This document shows, piece after piece, positions 28,331 to 37,747 of a DNA stretch of 64,000 nucleotides. The DNA is from a bacterium. GTDB taxonomy: Bacteria > Zixibacteria > MSB-5A5 > GN15 > FEB-12. A model generated the notes under the pieces. That model worked only from the letters and a program-made list of their open reading frames with translations, was not told the DNA's origin and searched no databases. The first letter of the stretch is position 1. Every line of letters begins with the position of its first letter. The DNA is taken from positions 4,335 to 68,334 of the forward strand of contig JAUWIB010000112.1 of NCBI GenBank assembly GCA_030605565.1. Direction: 5' to 3'. The translations under genes were made by a program, and so were the position numbers.

Positions 28331-29542
28331 ATGCCGCAGATCGAGAAAACTGTCGTCACCGAAGGTCACCTGATCGACTCGGGATTGATGCGTCGGATTT
28401 TCGACACTATCGTCGCCGACAATGGTGAGTTCGAAATCATCGATTTCAAAATTGGGCGCACCAACGACGAATTCTCCACCGCCCGATTGAAAGTCAGTAC
28501 GCCGGACTCGGTGGCGATGAACACCATTCTGCTGAAACTGTCCGCCCTCGGGTGCATGGTTGACGATGAAGACGAAGTCCGCCTGGGTGTCGCGCCCGTG
28601 GACGGTGTCGTCCCGCCCGATTTTTACAGCACCACCAACCAGGAAACGATGATACGCCGCAACGATCACTGGATGCCTGTCGAGAAACTGCGCATGGACG
28701 GTGTGATCGTTCTCGATGGTGAACGGGTGGTAGTGAAGAAGTTTCAGGACGTCAAGAAGGGCGACAAGATCGTGCTTGGCCTGTCCGGGATCAAAGTGAA
28801 GCCGGAGTTTGCCCGACGCGACCGTGACGATTTCGGCTTCATGTCCGGTGAGGTCTCGACCGAGCGAAAGGTGCGGCTGGCCGTGGACCGGGTGGCTGAA
28901 ATAATCCGAGAGAACAACAAAAGGCTGGCCGTGGTGGCCGGGCCGGTGGTGGTGCACACCGGCGGCGCCGTTGACCTGGCGCGGTTGATCCGGCATGGAT
29001 ATGTCCAGGTACTGCTGGCCGGCAATGCTCTGGCCGTACATGATATCGAAGCGGCCCTGTTGGGAACATCGTTGGGGATCGATCTGAAAACCGGCCGACC
29101 GGTCGAGATGGGTCACCGCAACCACCTTCGGGCCATCAACGAGGTGCGCCGGGCCGGTTCGATTGCGGCCCTGATCGCCGAAGGCAGGCTCACTTCGGGC
29201 GTCATGTACGAGACGATCAAAGCGTCCGTGCCGTTTTCGCTGGCCGGGTCTTTGCGCGACGACGGCCCGCTACCGGATACCGTCACCGACATGAACCGCG
29301 CCCAGGAAGATCACGCCCGCTTGCTGGAGGGGGTCGATGTGGTGTTGATGCTGTCGACGATGCTACACTCAATCGCCGTGGGCAATATGCTTCCGGCGCG
29401 CGTGCTGACTGTTTGCGTCGACATCAATCCATCCGTAGTCACCAAGCTCAAGGACCGTGGCTCTCTGCAAACGATCGGCGTCGTCACCGACGTGGGGCTG
29501 TTCCTGCACCTGCTGGCCGAACGCCTGCTTAATGGCGACTGA
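28331..29542 (+). CDS. TIGR00300 / LOR-SDH-domain protein (putative ArgZ/AgrE-type ornithine cyclodeaminase)
   Basis: EGHLIDS, PPDFYSTTN, RMDG, FGFMSGEVSTER, GNALAVHDIE, GSLRDDGPLPD, MLHSIAVGNM. Confidence 0.85.
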   Translation: MPQIEKTVVTEGHLIDSGLMRRIFDTIVADNGEFEIIDFKIGRTNDEFSTARLKVSTPDSVAMNTILLKLSALGCMVDDEDEVRLGVAPVDGVVPPDFYSTTNQETMIRRNDHWMPVEKLRMDGVIVLDGERVVVKKFQDVKKGDKIVLGLSGIKVKPEFARRDRDDFGFMSGEVSTERKVRLAVDRVAEIIRENNKRLAVVAGPVVVHTGGAVDLARLIRHGYVQVLLAGNALAVHDIEAALLGTSLGIDLKTGRPVEMGHRNHLRAINEVRRAGSIAALIAEGRLTSGVMYETIKASVPFSLAGSLRDDGPLPDTVTDMNRAQEDHARLLEGVDVVLMLSTMLHSIAVGNMLPARVLTVCVDINPSVVTKLKDRGSLQTIGVVTDVGLFLHLLAERLLNGD

Positions 29543-29564
29543 GGCAGTGGAGTCCGCTCGAAAC

Positions 29565-29872
29565 CAAGCCTGTCCTGAGCGCAGTCGAAGGGCGGTTTCG
29601 TCACCCCGTGGTTTGGCGCGCGAAGCTCGAGAAACAGGCTTGCCTGTCACCCCGGCACAGGCCGGGGGCCGTCCGTCTTTTTGCAGGTCAGGTCCCTTGC
29701 GGCGGGTGGCCCGGACGTTCGGGCTTCAGAGACCCGTAGGCAATAAGCCCTGTCCTCCTGATTCCGGAAGAACAGCCTGCGGCTGTGTCAGGATCGCAAG
29801 GATCCTGACCTACGGGATTGCTGACACAGTCAAGCCGCCCACCCGCAAATGGGTTTTTCGAGCTTCGCGCGT
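29565..29872. repeat. Cluster of REP-like palindromes
   Basis: CCTGAGCGCAGTCGAAGG, GCGCGAAGCTCGAGAAACAGGCTTGCCTGT, GTCAGGATCGCAAGGATCCTGACCTAC (also near 62779). Confidence 0.7.
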
Positions 29873-29986
29873 CGTGGCGTTGGACATAAATTAGTTGATC
29901 GGTGACTCGTTCATAGTCAGATTGTCGTTAGACAATTAGCCGGCGTCTGTTCAGGCGCACGTATCATTCATGGAGGTGGCTCCGCT

Positions 29987-30547
29987 ATGACCGACAAGAA
30001 GAAATCGTTCCCCGCACCGCCGTCACTTATCGGTGACAAAGTCTTTCTGCGCCCGAGCACCCCTGAGGACATAGCCAACATGCACCATTGGTGGCTGCAG
30101 AGTGAACCGCAGTCATTGAGTTGTCGTCCGCACCCATTCCAAACCGCCAGGGAGGCGGCTGAGGCAGCACAGAAGAAAGAGATAAGCATCAATAATCAAC
30201 GCTTCACGGCTGTGCGCAAGGACGATAAGACACCGGTGGCCTCGGTGAGTTTCTTCAGTCTCAATCCGCTCAATCGTTCGGCTGAACTGGGTCTGCTCGT
30301 TGATCCCGAGGTGCGTCGCAAGGGATACGGCGCCGACGCCATAAAAACACTGACGCGCCACCTGTTTCGATATCGCGGTTTGAACAAAGTGTATGCCCAG
30401 ACGGCCGGGTTCAATGAAGGCGCTATAGCGATGTTGGAGTCACTCGGCTTCAAGAAGGACGCGACCCTTCGCGATCACTACTTCTACGATGGTGTATTTC
30501 ACGTCGGGTACGTCTACTCGCTGTTGCAGTTCGAGGTGGACTGGTAG
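29987..30547 (+). CDS. GNAT N-acetyltransferase (RimJ/RimL-like)
   Basis: RSAELGLLVDPEVRRKGYG, NEGAIAMLESLGFKKDATLR. Confidence 0.9.
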   Translation: MTDKKKSFPAPPSLIGDKVFLRPSTPEDIANMHHWWLQSEPQSLSCRPHPFQTAREAAEAAQKKEISINNQRFTAVRKDDKTPVASVSFFSLNPLNRSAELGLLVDPEVRRKGYGADAIKTLTRHLFRYRGLNKVYAQTAGFNEGAIAMLESLGFKKDATLRDHYFYDGVFHVGYVYSLLQFEVDW

Positions 30548-30568
30548 TCGCAGATGCAGGTATTACTA

Positions 30569-31492
30569 TCAGGGTGTTTGTGACTGATCGGCCGTGTTCG
30601 GTTCCGCAGCATTCTCTTGCAGTTCGCTACTGTCGCTTTCGTCTGGCTGTTGGTCAGCAGTATCGCCTGAATCCTCGGTCTCTTTCTTGCGCACAGAATC
30701 AACGATCTGGTTAAGTTTGATCAACTCAGCACGGGCGCGCTCGGCGAAATCGTCACCTCTGGAGGCATACAGCACTGAGCGCGAAACATTGATCAAGGCC
30801 GTCTTTGTGAAATCGGCTGTGCCGTAGGTGGCCGCTTTCTCCAACGAGCCACCCTGCGCCCCAACCCCCGGAATCAGCAGCGGCATATCGCCGGCTATGA
30901 CACGAAGCTCTTTCAACTGTTCGGGATTGGTGGCCCCGACCACCAGGCCACAGTTGCGCTCCTTGTTCCAGTAGGCCACTTTCTCGGCAACGATTTCATA
31001 TAGCGGCTTGCCGTCAACGTTCAGAATCTGGAGATCCTTCGACCCGGGGTTGGACGTGAGACACAGGATAAACACACCCTTGTCCTTGTGTTCGATGAAG
31101 GGACGAAGCGAGTCATACCCCATGTAAGGATTCAGCGTAACCCAGTTGGCTTTTAACTGCTTGAACATGGCGTCGGCATAATGCGCGGCTGTGTTGCCGA
31201 TGTCGCCCCGCTTGCCGTCGACGATGACTGGAATCTCGTCGGGAATGCGCTCGATAATCAATTTCAAAAGGGATAGTCCCTCGGCCCCAATGCTTTCGTA
31301 GAAGGCGATATTCGGCTTGTAAGCGCAGACGATATCTTTAGTGGCCTCAATGATCCGAACCGCAAATTCAAACATCCCCTTGACGTTCTTAGAGTATTCA
31401 GATGGCATTCGCTTTGGATCCAGATCCAAGCCGAGGCAGATGATCGATTCATTGTCCGCTTGTATCTGTTGAAGTTCTTTTAGAGCACTCAT
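30569..31492 (-). CDS. pyrF: Orotidine-5'-phosphate decarboxylase
   Basis: CLGLD, AYKPNIAFYE, DGKRGDIGNT, LIPGVGAQGG. Confidence 0.96.
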   Translation of the reverse strand: MSALKELQQIQADNESIICLGLDLDPKRMPSEYSKNVKGMFEFAVRIIEATKDIVCAYKPNIAFYESIGAEGLSLLKLIIERIPDEIPVIVDGKRGDIGNTAAHYADAMFKQLKANWVTLNPYMGYDSLRPFIEHKDKGVFILCLTSNPGSKDLQILNVDGKPLYEIVAEKVAYWNKERNCGLVVGATNPEQLKELRVIAGDMPLLIPGVGAQGGSLEKAATYGTADFTKTALINVSRSVLYASRGDDFAERARAELIKLNQIVDSVRKKETEDSGDTADQQPDESDSSELQENAAEPNTADQSQTP

Positions 31493-32409
31493 TAGTATTT
31501 CTCCAGTCTGCCGACCAGGTCCGTGATCGACTTCATTTTGTTCTTCCTGAGATAGTCTTTGAGACCGTGCACGATCTTGAGGGGTGCCTCCGGTTCCACA
31601 AACAGGGCGGTGCCGATCTGGAGAGCAGTGGCTCCACAGAGGAAAAACTCCACCGCATCTCTCCAGTCGGAGATACCCCCAACGCCGATTATCGGCAGTC
31701 GGCTGCGGCTGTGCACAGCATCCACCATAGCCAGTGCGATCGGCTTGATAGCCGGTCCGGTAAGTCCACCCTTGTTGTTGGTGAGTCGCGGTCGCCGGGT
31801 GTCTATGTCAACGGCCGTTCCAATTACCGAGTTCATCACGGTGAAGGCGTCGGCCCCACCCGCTTCGGCCGCTGAAGCGATATCGCCAATACTGGTCACA
31901 TTGGGTGAAAGCTTGACGATCAACGGGCGCGCGAACACGGCCCGCACCGCCGCCACCACTTTCTCCGTCAGGTACGGATCGCTGCCGAACTGGATGCCGC
32001 CCTGATCCACGTTGGGGCAACTGATGTTTAACTCGATCATGTCCAGCACGGCGACGTCATTCAGGCGACGGCTCACCTCGACGTATTCATCGATCGTAGC
32101 GCCGGCGACATTGACGATAATGCGCGTCTGCTGTTTGGCCAGGAACGGCACTTTCTCGCGAATGAAAGCTTCAATCCCGACATTGGCCAAACCGATGGCG
32201 TTGAGCATACCTGAAACCGTCTCCGCCGTGCGCGGCGGCGGATGCCCCAATCTTGGTTCCAGCGTGATCGATTTGGTTACCAGCCCGCCCAGTTTCGACA
32301 GCGGATAGAGTTGAGCCAGTTCTTCGCCGTAGCCGCAACAACCGGAGGCGGTCAGCACAGGATTATCAAACTCCACCCCGGCGATCATCACTTTCATGTC
32401 AGGCGTCAC
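31492..32409 (-). CDS. pyrD: Dihydroorotate dehydrogenase B, catalytic subunit
   Basis: NPVLTASG, NAIGLAN, ELNISCPN, VKLSPNV, GGLTGPAIKP. Confidence 0.96.
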   Translation of the reverse strand: MTPDMKVMIAGVEFDNPVLTASGCCGYGEELAQLYPLSKLGGLVTKSITLEPRLGHPPPRTAETVSGMLNAIGLANVGIEAFIREKVPFLAKQQTRIIVNVAGATIDEYVEVSRRLNDVAVLDMIELNISCPNVDQGGIQFGSDPYLTEKVVAAVRAVFARPLIVKLSPNVTSIGDIASAAEAGGADAFTVMNSVIGTAVDIDTRRPRLTNNKGGLTGPAIKPIALAMVDAVHSRSRLPIIGVGGISDWRDAVEFFLCGATALQIGTALFVEPEAPLKIVHGLKDYLRKNKMKSITDLVGRLEKY

Positions 32410-33197
32410 AACGCTACCTCCCCAATCTGAAACACCGGCCCATCACAGCAGACACGCGCATGTCCGCCCGCCGTGAGCGGTACCACACAGCCCAGACAGA
32501 CGCCGATCCCACACGGCATGGGCGCTTCCAGCGACAACTGACCCGGCACGTGGAGGGCCAGCCCCAGTTCGTTCACGGCCTTCAGCATTCCCTCAGGACC
32601 GCAGGCAAAGATGCGACAGTTGTCACCGTACTTTTGCAGGAACGTCTTCACGGGCTTGGTGACCAATCCTTGTTCGCCGAGAGTGCCGTCCTCTGTTGCT
32701 ATCCGAAGATCCACGCCGAGCTTCTTGATGCGGCTGCGTTCGATAATGTCTGATCGGCTGCGGCCACCGTAGAAGAACAGGATATGCTTTGGATCATGAC
32801 CTCGGTCGATCAATTTCTGAGCAAGAAACAACAACGGCGGGAAACCGACACCACCGGCGACTATGACAACGCGCTCCCTCCTGCGCGGTAGTTTGAACGG
32901 TTGTCCCAGCGGTCCCAGCAGGTTGGTTGCATCGCCGCGTCGGAGGGCGGCCAGAATGCGGGTGCCGCGCCCAACCACTTTGACGATCAACTCCAAGTCA
33001 CCACAGCTTGTTTCCACTGAGGCGACCGAGAAAGCGCGACGGAAATAGACCTCACCGGCCGGTAACTTCAGATGAACAAACTGTCCGGGGCGACACTTGT
33101 CGGCAGCGGAAAATGGTGCGAAGGTAAACGAGAAATAATCGTTCTTCAGGTCTCGGCGCTTGATCAGGCGCACAGTTTCACACTTCGGTCTTGTCAT
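32406..33197 (-). CDS. pyrK: Dihydroorotate dehydrogenase electron transfer subunit
   Basis: RRAFSV, GPLG, AGGVGFPP, CGPEGM, CGIGVCLGC...C..GPVF; ATGA overlap with the upstream gene. Confidence 0.93.
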   Translation of the reverse strand: MTRPKCETVRLIKRRDLKNDYFSFTFAPFSAADKCRPGQFVHLKLPAGEVYFRRAFSVASVETSCGDLELIVKVVGRGTRILAALRRGDATNLLGPLGQPFKLPRRRERVVIVAGGVGFPPLLFLAQKLIDRGHDPKHILFFYGGRSRSDIIERSRIKKLGVDLRIATEDGTLGEQGLVTKPVKTFLQKYGDNCRIFACGPEGMLKAVNELGLALHVPGQLSLEAPMPCGIGVCLGCVVPLTAGGHARVCCDGPVFQIGEVAL

Positions 33198-35293
33198 TTC
33201 AAGATATCCGGCTTCTGCACCAGGAACCGATAGTAAAGCCACTGGTCCTGAAGCTCCAGTTGGATACGGGTTGGATCCCAGGCCATCGAAGCAAATGTCT
33301 CCTCGGCGAGGAAATTGATTTGCTCATTGGGAGACTTGATCTTGAGTTCGTATTCACTGACCTCACCAAAGGGATCCAGCAATACCTGGAAGATAAGCCA
33401 ACCTTCCCAGCCACCGCGGTAGGCTTCCTCCGGGTAGATGAACGGTTCATCGATCCGGATAGGGTCCGACCGAAGCTCGGCCAGGAGCTTCCCATCCCTG
33501 GACAGTGCCGCTACCTCCGGGTCAACATAGACTGAAGTGTCCCCAGCGGCCTGCAAATTGTCTCCATCATCCCCCTCAGCAAGCATGACACTGTCTGCCT
33601 CCTGGTCATCATCAGACGGCCTTTTCTTGGCAACATACTGCGTGCGCCGACGGGCCTCGTTGGCCCATTCACTACTTGGAAACGAATCGGATAGTTCGTT
33701 GTAGGCCCTGATGACAGAGGAGTCACCCGGGCTGTCATACATTTCCGTCAGCCATATCAGCGCAAAACGAGACTGCAAGAAGTGCTTGGAATCAGGGAAA
33801 CGGTCCACCACGACCTGATAGTTGGCTCGGGCGCTGTCGAGATTGAACTCATCGACCACGAAATGCTCGGCCCGGCTGAAATACACACCGGCATAGCCGG
33901 TGTCGGCCGAACTGCCGGCCAAACCCAGTCTCTCCAATGCCTCCGGCAGGTAGTCGGAAATTGGATACAGCGTTAGTACCTGACGAAGAATCGAGTCGGC
34001 TTTGCTGGAGTCCTCCTCATGTTCCCGAACCATCTCAGAAAGGGCGATCAGTGCTTTGGGGGAGTCAAAGGCGGTGGGAAAGGAATCGGCCACTACCCGC
34101 ATAGCGATCATTGCAGAGTCCGGCTTGTTCAACTCGAGCCAGTACAACTCAGCCAGTTGGTACTGAGTATAGGCGGCCCTGTCGATAATATCCTGGGTGG
34201 AGGTTGAATCGATCTCTATCGCGCGCGAGTACGCATCCAACAACCCGATGGACGATGAGCGGTGCAGCGCATCCTTACCAATGTCAGAACCGCGACTGAG
34301 CTTGGTGGTGGAGTCGTAATATATCTTCGCTTGGACAAGATCATCGTAATCATACTGGTAGATCAAGGCCAAACGCCAGAAAGCCCGAGCTTTAACTTTC
34401 GGTTTCTCGGACTGGCTGATGATATCCTGGTAGTAGGCTTCGGCCTGGGCCAACTCTTCGTCGAATTCGTATCCTTCACCCATCTTCAATTTGAGGGCGC
34501 TCACGGAGTCGAAATAGACGTCCTGATCCATTAACGTCATGAGATAGTCCTGACCGTCATCGATCCGTTGCAGTCGGTAGGAGCTGTTGGCTGCCTGAAA
34601 CAGCGCGTGGTACTTATCGTCCTTGTCCGGATCCATTCCCAATAGTTGCAGATAAGCGCCTAAGGCATCCTGAAAACGGTAACCGGCGAAGTATCCGTCG
34701 GCCAGATAGGTCTGTGCGAGTCGCCGTTCCTCGGCATTGCCCAGCGAGTCGCGCAGGGCCAGAAAATACGGTTCTGCTTTGCGGTATTCCTTATTGTCGA
34801 AGTGAAAGACGCCGAGCGTCATGGCAGCCTCGCTCTTGAACTGAGCGTCATAATCTCCGTCGAAAATCTCCTGAAAAACAGCAATGGCATCGTCAAGGTC
34901 TTTTTGCATCAACTTGGCCTTCGCCAGATAGAGGGTGGCCTTACGAGCGTACTCGCTCTCGGCGTAAACCGCCAGAATCTCTCGCGCCCGCCGCTCGCTC
35001 CGGGAGAACTCTTCGGTGTAATAGTAGGAGACCATCAGAATGTACAGGGCATCGTCATAATATTTGGAATTGGGGTAGTCTTCGATAACTTTGAGCGACT
35101 TTTCAATTGCCTTGCGATAACTGCCGACATTACCGCGGCCTTTCCCCTTGGATTTGTTGCGCGATTTTTCGGCCTCGTTGAACGACTTCCTGGCGTTGTA
35201 GAAAGTATTATAATAGACACAGCCGCCGCCGGCCGAGAACAGCAGCCCAACGACCATCAACTTTATGATCCACAATCTCAGAGGAGATACCAC
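33194..35293 (-). CDS. TPR-repeat lipoprotein with C-terminal TonB_C-like domain
   Basis: Lipobox-like GGGC then VYYNTFYNA; YPNSKYYDDALY TPRs; C-terminal YPEEAYRGGWEGWLIFQVLLDPFGEV. Confidence 0.75.
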   Translation of the reverse strand: MVSPLRLWIIKLMVVGLLFSAGGGCVYYNTFYNARKSFNEAEKSRNKSKGKGRGNVGSYRKAIEKSLKVIEDYPNSKYYDDALYILMVSYYYTEEFSRSERRAREILAVYAESEYARKATLYLAKAKLMQKDLDDAIAVFQEIFDGDYDAQFKSEAAMTLGVFHFDNKEYRKAEPYFLALRDSLGNAEERRLAQTYLADGYFAGYRFQDALGAYLQLLGMDPDKDDKYHALFQAANSSYRLQRIDDGQDYLMTLMDQDVYFDSVSALKLKMGEGYEFDEELAQAEAYYQDIISQSEKPKVKARAFWRLALIYQYDYDDLVQAKIYYDSTTKLSRGSDIGKDALHRSSSIGLLDAYSRAIEIDSTSTQDIIDRAAYTQYQLAELYWLELNKPDSAMIAMRVVADSFPTAFDSPKALIALSEMVREHEEDSSKADSILRQVLTLYPISDYLPEALERLGLAGSSADTGYAGVYFSRAEHFVVDEFNLDSARANYQVVVDRFPDSKHFLQSRFALIWLTEMYDSPGDSSVIRAYNELSDSFPSSEWANEARRRTQYVAKKRPSDDDQEADSVMLAEGDDGDNLQAAGDTSVYVDPEVAALSRDGKLLAELRSDPIRIDEPFIYPEEAYRGGWEGWLIFQVLLDPFGEVSEYELKIKSPNEQINFLAEETFASMAWDPTRIQLELQDQWLYYRFLVQKPDILK

Positions 35294-35353
35294 CGTGTGT
35301 CAACCCATCCTTATGTTGCTTCGGTCCTTATACTCCGCTTCCCGCCACCGGTT

Positions 35354-36103
35354 TCACGCCTTCGGATCGGTCCGTCGACCGCGGAGTTGCTCCACCAGAG
35401 GGGGAAGGAACTCCCCCGACCTGGCGCTTACATAAAAATCAGCCAACTCAGTCAAGGGGGTGCGCTCCGGGTTGATCTCGATCAGAGTGGCGCCGCTACG
35501 CTTGGCCATCATCGGCAACGAGGCAGCAGGATGGACAACCGCCGAAGTCCCGATCGACAAGAAAACATCCGACTCCTCCGAAACCCGAAAGGCGGTTGAG
35601 ATGATGTCATTGTCGAGCATCTCGCCGAACCAAACCACGTCGGGTCGAATCCGGCCGCCGCATTGTTCGCAGGTGGGGATGTTATCGGGGTCGATGTCGG
35701 TTTGTGCCGCCACGTGTTGGTTGCATTCGGCGCACTTGTTGCGGTGAATGTTGCCGTGCAGTTCGAGGATATTCTTCGAACCCGCCTGGCGGTGCAGCCC
35801 GTCGATATTTTGGGTGATCAGCGTGAAATCCGTGAACATATCTTCCAGTTCCGCCAGCGCCTGGTGGCCGGGGTTCGGCTCGACCTTGCCCATCAGTTCC
35901 CGACGCCAGTTGTACCACTGCCACACTATGTTCGGATTGGCCATGAAAGCGCTCATGGTAGCCAACTCCTCGGGCTTGAACTCCTTCCACAATCCCTGCT
36001 TACCTCGGAAAGTGGGTACACCCGATTCGGCTGATATCCCCGCTCCGGTCAGGACCGCGCAGCGACGACAGTTGAGCATGATTTCAACCAGTTCGTTTGT
36101 CAT
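35354..36103 (-). CDS. cobB: NAD-dependent protein deacylase (sirtuin)
   Basis: GAGISAESGVPTFRG, TQNIDGLH, ELHG, CxxC..CxxC, RPDVVWFGE, GTS. Confidence 0.95.
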   Translation of the reverse strand: MTNELVEIMLNCRRCAVLTGAGISAESGVPTFRGKQGLWKEFKPEELATMSAFMANPNIVWQWYNWRRELMGKVEPNPGHQALAELEDMFTDFTLITQNIDGLHRQAGSKNILELHGNIHRNKCAECNQHVAAQTDIDPDNIPTCEQCGGRIRPDVVWFGEMLDNDIISTAFRVSEESDVFLSIGTSAVVHPAASLPMMAKRSGATLIEINPERTPLTELADFYVSARSGEFLPPLVEQLRGRRTDPKA

Positions 36104-36195
36104 GGCGGCAAGATACGTCCGCCCGACCTGATTGCCAACGATAATGTTGGCCGGTGCGCCGGTCAACCGGAGTCCGGCGATTTACAGGGATACTG

Positions 36196-36250
36196 TGGGC
36201 GGCAGACCTCCCGGTCTGCCCGTTTGAAGGACGTATCCAAGGTAATCAGG
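36196..36250 (+). repeat. Truncated copy of the REP doublet at 47459-47541
   Basis: GTGGGCGGCAGACCTCCCGGTCTGCCCGTTTGAAGGACGTATCC matches the reverse complement of the 47459-47541 element. Confidence 0.7.
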
Positions 36251-36337
36251 GAACAGCCTGTACTCTGGCCTCTAAAGAGATCGAGAATAGGTCCGATACA
36301 TTTAATAGATGTCTCAAAATGAAACAACCAAAGCGAT

Positions 36338-37747
36338 ATGCCAATGCAGCAGTTTCAAGATGAAGCAGTGATGCGACCGCAGATCAACCGGTGGCGGTCC
36401 AACCGACAAAACAGTTCAACGGACGACAGTGAAAAGCATGACAGTCTCCCCTCGCTGGTTCTGGGGTTGCGACTCAGGGGGTATCTGGCTGAGGATGATC
36501 GGTCACAGTTGGACCGCCTGGCGCCATCTGAGCAAAAGGTGTTTCTGGTTCGCGGCGACCGCGTGCTACACCCTGCGGATGGAACCCCGTTTCCACTGGA
36601 GCATGTTGCCGCAGCCCCCGGCCAGGATACGGTTGCCCTGTTTTCACATCGATACCATGTCGACAAAGGGGACCACGGGCATGCTTACAAGATCCAGACG
36701 GCCGTGCTCAATCCCGGTCAGCCGGAACCGTTTCTGTTCGGCTGGTTCGGCCCGGAACCCGACCCGCTCGAAAGAGGTCCGGACAATCGATTCAGCGATA
36801 CCGTGGAACAGTTGCGCCAGGCGTTCACGAACAGTACCGAGTTGACATCGCGCTTGTCAAAGCTGCTCAGCGAGCCGGTGCCCACCCTGATTCTCGACCG
36901 AAGTACGGAGCGTGTGCTGATGTGCAATACAGCGGCAGCCAAACTGATGAAGCTGGATCAGACGGCCACTATCGGGCATTCGTTCGAGCAGATACGCGGC
37001 CATTTGGGCCGACTGCCGGCCGGTCGGCGCATGACCATGCGACACATGGCCTCTGCCACACCTGAGTTAACGATAATCACCCTGGATCAAACGACCATAA
37101 CAAACCGTGATGATCACCGCTTCTATGCGGACTTTTTGCTTCACCCGGCCCGGCAGAAATTATCGAGTATCATCACGGCGGCCAAATTGTTGCAGACAGA
37201 CGCATCAGACCTGGGCGCCGAGGAAGTCTCCAGACTGTCACGGATGATTGCCGGCGAAGGGCGCTATCTGGATGATCTGGTAAACAAGCAGTTATTGCTT
37301 GTTGAGGGGGTATCCAGTGCAACCGGATCCGGCAGCATAGTTACTCAGATTGAGTTGGCCGCCGACAGGGTGAGTGCGATTCTGGGTCAACCCTGCCACA
37401 CCGAAATCCTGAACAACTGTCCCAACTCTGCTCCCCGCGCCTCACGCCCGTCCTTCGCGCTGCTGACCGAGGCGGTGCTGAGAGGGCATCAAGGTAATCC
37501 GGACTCACAGCAGCCAACGGTTGTGACTATCGAGCCGGATGGTTCCGCTACCGGCGTCGTGGTTCGCTTTGAGACGGAGATATCAGGCACTGCGGCTATC
37601 GGCGATGACGTCGACCTCATGCTCGATTACGCGCGCCGGTTGGCGATCCGACTGGGTTATCGTGAATTCAACAGCAGCTTCATTTCAAACCACCGGATTC
37701 GCACCGAAATGATCCTCAACATAGACCAAACCACGGAAGATATATGA
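36338..37747 (+). CDS. PAS-containing degenerate histidine-kinase-like protein
   Basis: PAS-like PVPTLILD...CNTAAAKLM; H-box-like LLHPARQKLSSII; no recognisable N/G1/G2 boxes. Confidence 0.55.
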   Translation: MPMQQFQDEAVMRPQINRWRSNRQNSSTDDSEKHDSLPSLVLGLRLRGYLAEDDRSQLDRLAPSEQKVFLVRGDRVLHPADGTPFPLEHVAAAPGQDTVALFSHRYHVDKGDHGHAYKIQTAVLNPGQPEPFLFGWFGPEPDPLERGPDNRFSDTVEQLRQAFTNSTELTSRLSKLLSEPVPTLILDRSTERVLMCNTAAAKLMKLDQTATIGHSFEQIRGHLGRLPAGRRMTMRHMASATPELTIITLDQTTITNRDDHRFYADFLLHPARQKLSSIITAAKLLQTDASDLGAEEVSRLSRMIAGEGRYLDDLVNKQLLLVEGVSSATGSGSIVTQIELAADRVSAILGQPCHTEILNNCPNSAPRASRPSFALLTEAVLRGHQGNPDSQQPTVVTIEPDGSATGVVVRFETEISGTAAIGDDVDLMLDYARRLAIRLGYREFNSSFISNHRIRTEMILNIDQTTEDI

